The position numbers and the translations under genes were made by a program. From Candidatus Latescibacterota bacterium (lineage in GTDB: Bacteria > Latescibacterota > UBA2968 > UBA8231), in NCBI GenBank assembly GCA_965217585.1, contig OZ244561.1:6176001-6240000 (forward strand): 64,000 nucleotides of DNA, written 5' to 3'. Under the pieces are notes generated by a model. It was given only the letters and a program-made list of their open reading frames with translations. It made no database searches and was not told the origin of the DNA. Shown here piece by piece: positions 59,244-64,000 of the stretch; positions within the stretch are counted from its first letter, which is position 1, and every line of letters begins with the position of its first letter.

Positions 59244-59792
59244 ATGGCTATCCCCAATCCCGTAGTCAAGTTTACCTACGAAGACTACCTGAATACGCCG
59301 GAAGACAAGCGCTACGAGCTTCTGGACGGAGAGTTGGTTCCGACTCCTGCACCTGGAGAACGTCACCAGAGCATTTCCATCCTGCTAGGATCAAAACTGT
59401 TTCAATTTGCGTCTGAGAATAGCTTGGGGCGGGTCTATCTCGCGCCTTTTGACGTGGTGCTGTCGGACATGGACGTGGTGCAGCCCGATCTGCTGTTCGT
59501 CTCCAATGAGCGCGGCCACATCATCACCCCTGCAAACATTCAGGGGGCGCCGGACTTGGTCGTCGAAATCCTGTCCCCCTCCACAGCCGAACGCGATAAG
59601 ACGTTCAAGCGTGCGCTATATGCCAGACACGGCGTGAACGAATACTGGATGGTGGACACTACCGCAAAAGACATAACGGTCCTGTTGCTCGGCGAGCGCG
59701 GATACGAGATCGTGGATACCTACGGCGAAGGAGAGACCTTGACTTCGCCGACCTTGCAAGGCTTCGCGCTGAATATCGGCGATCTATTCTAA
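59244..59792 (+). CDS. Uma2 family endonuclease (copy 2)
   Basis: Near-identical to 46816-47364, same length (549 nt). Confidence 0.9.
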   Translation: MAIPNPVVKFTYEDYLNTPEDKRYELLDGELVPTPAPGERHQSISILLGSKLFQFASENSLGRVYLAPFDVVLSDMDVVQPDLLFVSNERGHIITPANIQGAPDLVVEILSPSTAERDKTFKRALYARHGVNEYWMVDTTAKDITVLLLGERGYEIVDTYGEGETLTSPTLQGFALNIGDLF

Positions 59793-59836
59793 ATTTCCTA
59801 CCTAGTCGGCGTTTCTGCGTTCCAATCCAGTATTTC

Positions 59837-60835
59837 CTACAGCTCCACCCGCCGCCCGCTATGGGCCGATTCAAAAGCCGCCTCGACCACTTTGAGCGTG
59901 CCGTCGGCATGGTCGGCCATATAGGCGGGGGTCTCTTCTCCGCGCATACATTGCTGGAAAAAGTCGATGGCCGGCTGGAAAGGCGGCGTGCCAGTCTGGA
60001 AGGTCTCGCTGCGGCTCTCATTGGAGCCGCTGACCACGTCAAAGCTGCTCTCCGCACCGGGATGATACGGGGCGGGCACAACCAGTCGGCCTTGGTCTCC
60101 AGTGATGAGGGCATGAGGCCCGCCACGACCATCGAAACTGCAGTACAAGGTCGCGGTGAGGCCGTCGGGGTATTCGAGGATGAGCGAGGTGGCCACGTCC
60201 ACTCCGACTTGCGTGTCAAAGCGCATATGCGCCTGAACGCCAACAGGATCGGTGCCGGCAATAAAGCGCGAGAAGGTGATAGGGTACACGCCGCCATCGT
60301 AAATACTGCCGCCGCCCAGCGCTTTAATCAGGCGGATGTTGCTGGGGTCGTTGACGACGAAGGTCATGCCGGCGTTAATGTGGCGCAGGGTGCCGATTTC
60401 GCCCGCGGCGATGATTTCCTTGAGACGGCGGCTCTGGGGATGGTGCATAAAGACAAAGGCCTCAAAGAGCAGCACGTCGGCCTTGCGGCAAGCCTCGACC
60501 ATTTGCCGCCCTTCGGCCGCGGTGACGGCTAGCGGTTTTTCGCAAAAGACGTGTTTGCCCGCCTCGGCGGCTTTGATGGTCCATTCGGCGTGCAGCGAAT
60601 TGGGCAGCGAGATATAGATCGCGTCGATGTCCGGGTGGTCGAGCAGGGCTTGGTAACTGCCCAGCGCCACGGGGATATCGTGGTCGCGGGCAAAGGCATC
60701 GGCGGTGGCCTGGCTGCGGCTGGCTATGGCATAGACTTGGGCACCGGGCGTGGCGCGGGCCGAGGGGATGAAGGCGGTGACGCCAATTCTGGCGGTGCTG
60801 AGGATGCCCCATTGGATGGGTCGTGAACTGGTCAT
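59837..60835 (-). CDS. Gfo/Idh/MocA family oxidoreductase
   Basis: WGILSTARIG, LPNSLH, HVFCEKP, GGGSIYD. Confidence 0.9.
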   Translation of the reverse strand: MTSSRPIQWGILSTARIGVTAFIPSARATPGAQVYAIASRSQATADAFARDHDIPVALGSYQALLDHPDIDAIYISLPNSLHAEWTIKAAEAGKHVFCEKPLAVTAAEGRQMVEACRKADVLLFEAFVFMHHPQSRRLKEIIAAGEIGTLRHINAGMTFVVNDPSNIRLIKALGGGSIYDGGVYPITFSRFIAGTDPVGVQAHMRFDTQVGVDVATSLILEYPDGLTATLYCSFDGRGGPHALITGDQGRLVVPAPYHPGAESSFDVVSGSNESRSETFQTGTPPFQPAIDFFQQCMRGEETPAYMADHADGTLKVVEAAFESAHSGRRVEL

Positions 60836-61019
60836 TGAAGAACCTCCCGCAACCTAATTTTATGTGATTTTAACAGTATGGGAATACTATATATAGACCA
60901 AATAGCCCAACGAAGTAAATGCGGCCGGTTTTTCAGAGAGACGGCCAGAGTTCCCAACGCGATTGCGGACTGCCGCCGGGATACTATCTTGATCCAGCAA
61001 CTGGATGGAGACAATCTGC

Positions 61020-62516
61020 ATGGCAATGAAAACCACCGCTCCCCAAAAACTCTGGGCTGGTGCCGCAAAAGTCGATATCACCAATACGGCAGCGGACGCG
61101 ACAGACGATCCGCTCTACGCCGGTATTGCAACAACAACCGCCAATGACCCATTATACGCCAAAGTCCTAATCCTGCGCAGTGACCATACCACGGTGGTCC
61201 TGGTCACCGTGGACGCCGTGGCGATCGGCGAGATCGGCACCATCGGCAACGACTATCTGACCAATGTGCGGGCCCAACTGCAAAAAGAGCTGGCAATCGA
61301 TCCGGCGCATGTGCTGATCAACGCCAGCCACTGCCACGGCGTGGTCTGCAAAGATGTCGCAGCGCGGACGGTCCAGGCCGTAGAAGCCGCATGGCAGCAT
61401 ATGGTGCCGGTAACAGTCGGCGTCGGCACCGGCCACGAGGAGCGGATCATGGAAAACCGCCGGCTCAAACTCAAAAATGGCCGTGAAGCGGATATCCGCC
61501 GCGCCTACTCGCTCCCGCCCGACGAACAAATCGCCGAGGTCGGCCCGGTCGATCCGCAAATCGGCATCCTGCGGCTGGACAAGGAGGACGGACAGACCCT
61601 GGCCGTCCTCTATAATTTCGCCTGCCACCCCATCCAGGGCGTGCCTAGCGGCGCCAACACCGCAGACCTCAGCGGCTTTGCCTCCAGAGTCATTGAAGAC
61701 AACATAAGCGACGGTGCCATCGCCTTCTTCTTGCAGGGATGTGGCGCGGATATCAATCCGGTGCTCTATAGGGATATCGACAACCCCCCGGATGCCGAAC
61801 CTCTGGGGCATATGCTAGGCTTGAGCACCTTGCAGGCGCTAAAGCATATCAAGTGCGCGAAAGGCGACCCGCTGAAACTGGTCAACGAGACCCTCGAATT
61901 GCCCAGAGCCGACCTGCGAGAAGGCATCGAGGCCCTACGAGCCGAACAAATGCGGCTATTGCAGTCTTTACAAGCCACCAGCCTCAACCTGAAGACCTTT
62001 GTACCCCTGCTGGTCAAATACAACCTCTCCGGCGAATTTCCCTCCTATGATGCCCATCGCTATCTGCACGAGAGAAAATTCGCCAGCAAGGGCCTGGATA
62101 AACTCGACGCCGACAACAGGCGGAACCTGGATCAGTACATCGCCAATATGCACACTATGGAAGAGCTGACCCGGATCCAGATCAACTTGGACCTGCTGAA
62201 GAAAAACCAAGCTTTAAATCAGGCCGCTGGTAAACAGACCATTGCCGTCGAAGTGCTGGGTTTGAGAATTGGCGATTTTGTGCTGGTCGCCTTTCCCGGT
62301 GAGTTGCCGGTTGAAATCGGCCTCGGTATCAAGGAGCGCTCGCCACACCCTTTCACTTTTGTCTCCGGGGTGACCAACGGTTATCTCTATTATACCCCGA
62401 CCGCGGAACAACTGAAGAATTTGGGGGGTGCCCAGGAGGATAGCGACTGCATTCTGGCGCCGGCATGGCAATCGTTATTTGAAGAGAAAGTCGCGGAAAT
62501 ACTGCAAAGGTTATAA
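61020..62516 (+). CDS. Neutral/alkaline ceramidase-like hydrolase
   Basis: AGAAKVDIT, NASHCH, NRR, NFACHP, QGCGADINP, FPGE; start uncertain (61005-61026). Confidence 0.75.
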   Translation: MAMKTTAPQKLWAGAAKVDITNTAADATDDPLYAGIATTTANDPLYAKVLILRSDHTTVVLVTVDAVAIGEIGTIGNDYLTNVRAQLQKELAIDPAHVLINASHCHGVVCKDVAARTVQAVEAAWQHMVPVTVGVGTGHEERIMENRRLKLKNGREADIRRAYSLPPDEQIAEVGPVDPQIGILRLDKEDGQTLAVLYNFACHPIQGVPSGANTADLSGFASRVIEDNISDGAIAFFLQGCGADINPVLYRDIDNPPDAEPLGHMLGLSTLQALKHIKCAKGDPLKLVNETLELPRADLREGIEALRAEQMRLLQSLQATSLNLKTFVPLLVKYNLSGEFPSYDAHRYLHERKFASKGLDKLDADNRRNLDQYIANMHTMEELTRIQINLDLLKKNQALNQAAGKQTIAVEVLGLRIGDFVLVAFPGELPVEIGLGIKERSPHPFTFVSGVTNGYLYYTPTAEQLKNLGGAQEDSDCILAPAWQSLFEEKVAEILQRL

Positions 62517-62579
62517 TGTCTATACCCGTCATCTTCGGCACCGATATCGGCAGCCAAGTCCAACAATAGAGAGGTAACC

Positions 62580-63755
62580 ATGGCCCAGCGCAAAAAGATC
62601 GCCGCCATTATCACCGAATACCGCGTCCCGGCGCACGCCGACGTCATTGTCGGCAAGTTCATCAAGGGTTTTCCCACTGACGAGGGCATGCAGGAGCCGC
62701 AGGTGGATATCGCCTCCATGTACCTGGACCAGATACCCGACAATGATATCGGCCTACAAGTATCCAAAGAATACGATATACCCGTGTACCAGAGCATCCC
62801 CGCGGCTCTGTGTCTGGGTGGCGGCAAATTGGCCGTCGACGGCGTAATTTCCATTGGCGAACACGGCACTTACGCCTTCAACGAGAAGGGCCAGCACCTG
62901 TATCCCCGGCGCTTTTTCTTTGAACAGATCTGCGGCGTTATGGCCACCTCCGGCCGCTGGGTGCCGGTGTTCAGCGACAAGCACCTGTCCTACAACTGGT
63001 GCGACGCCAAGTGGATGTACGACCGGGCAGTGGAACTGAACGTCCCCTTTATGGCCGGCTCTTCAGTGCCCTTGGGCTGGCGCGACCCCTGGCTCGAACA
63101 CGAGCTGGATGCCCCCATCGAAGACGCCCTCATGCTCAGCTTTGGCGGCATTGAGTCCTACGGCTATCACGGCTTTGAGGGCCTGCAGGCCATGGTCGAG
63201 CGGCGCCGGGGCGGTGAGACCGGTCTGGCGGCCGTGCAGTGTTTGGAAGGCGAGGCCGTGTGGCAGGCCGGCGCCGACGGCCTGTGGTCGCGCCAGTTGG
63301 CCGCCGCGGCCGCGGCCGTGGGCAAAACCTCGGCCGAACCCATGGAGGAGGCCTGCGAAAATCCAGCGGCCTTTCTGCTGGAATACAGGGATGGTTTCAA
63401 GGCCGCCCTGCTGCACTTGAACGGGTACGTCGAGGAATGGTCGTACGCGGCCCGCGTCAACGGCCAGGTACAGGCCACGGGCCTGCGCTTGCACGGGCCG
63501 CCCTATCCCCACTTCAGCTACCTGGGCCTCAATATCCAGGAGATGTTTCTCACGGGCCAGCCGCAGTATCCGGCGGAGCGCACCCTGCTGGTAAGCGGCG
63601 GTCTGGACGCCCTGATGAATTCGCGTCACCAGGGCCATATACGGCTGGAGACGCCGCATTTGGACGTGCAGTACCAGGCCCCTGAAAACATGCCCATCCG
63701 CCCCACCGGACCCCGGCCGCAAGGGACGAGCACAGTGCCTTTCGACGGGATTTAG
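62580..63755 (+). CDS. Conserved hypothetical protein, Gfo/Idh/MocA-like fold
   Basis: GAGG RBS; LAVDGV..IGEHG.Y, PVF.DKHL, MAGSS, YG.H motifs. Confidence 0.6.
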   Translation: MAQRKKIAAIITEYRVPAHADVIVGKFIKGFPTDEGMQEPQVDIASMYLDQIPDNDIGLQVSKEYDIPVYQSIPAALCLGGGKLAVDGVISIGEHGTYAFNEKGQHLYPRRFFFEQICGVMATSGRWVPVFSDKHLSYNWCDAKWMYDRAVELNVPFMAGSSVPLGWRDPWLEHELDAPIEDALMLSFGGIESYGYHGFEGLQAMVERRRGGETGLAAVQCLEGEAVWQAGADGLWSRQLAAAAAAVGKTSAEPMEEACENPAAFLLEYRDGFKAALLHLNGYVEEWSYAARVNGQVQATGLRLHGPPYPHFSYLGLNIQEMFLTGQPQYPAERTLLVSGGLDALMNSRHQGHIRLETPHLDVQYQAPENMPIRPTGPRPQGTSTVPFDGI

Positions 63756-63840
63756 GGCCACTACCAGCACAACGATCACCTCTTTCCGCTGGCGAAAGCG
63801 GCCTTGTCAACTCCGGTGTCTGCGCTTTGATTTGCTCCCT

Positions 63841-64000
63841 ATGGATGATTCTCAAGAACAACTCGTCTCTGAGCCGCGCAAGGTCGGCTACATCTGGATC
63901 GTCTATTTGCTGCTCTACGCAGTGGCCGTTCCCTGGTACTGGCCCGAAGGGTATCGGGGGCCGCTGGTGTTGGGCTTTCCGCTGTGGGTGGCGGTGTCGC
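63841..64000 (+). CDS. Small membrane protein, partial (truncated by the window end)
   Basis: MDDSQEQLVSEPRKVGYIWIVYLLLYAVAVPWYWPEG...LGFPLW, open to the end of the window. Confidence 0.5.
   Translation, partial: MDDSQEQLVSEPRKVGYIWIVYLLLYAVAVPWYWPEGYRGPLVLGFPLWVAVS

Noticed and set aside
1-64000. tRNA or rRNA genes
   Set aside because: None recognised by eye; tRNAscan-SE or Infernal would be needed to exclude them formally.

Overview
GC-rich bacterial window. The gene content (DUF6785-type membrane protein, many enolase, Gfo-Idh-MocA and ceramidase-like paralogs, internalin-like LRR and cadherin/Calx-beta surface proteins, many TA modules) resembles Latescibacterota/Poribacteria-like sponge symbionts; this is an inference. 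Most of the window is carbohydrate/organic-acid catabolism and transport. A small defence-like insert lies at about 23.4-27 kb (AAA ATPase + DUF4276-like protein, a candidate structured small RNA, a PD-(D/E)XK nuclease). A mosaic accessory island lies at about 41.5-59.8 kb and carries duplicated fragments, TA genes and an IS630. It also holds the main find: a complete Bil-type (ISG15-like) ubiquitin-conjugation operon (Ubl-E2-JAB-E1) preceded by a three-gene module made of a sigma-70-like factor, an HTH-containing putative anti-sigma and a 1141-aa ImmA/IrrE peptidase-UvrD helicase-degenerate nuclease fusion. The same bipartite motif, CTTTCCG-N17-CGATTA, lies upstream of both the sigma gene and the Ubl gene. 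This suggests a dedicated sigma-factor switch for the defence operon, possibly released by DNA-triggered proteolysis. All family calls come from motif recognition by eye; no database searches were run.
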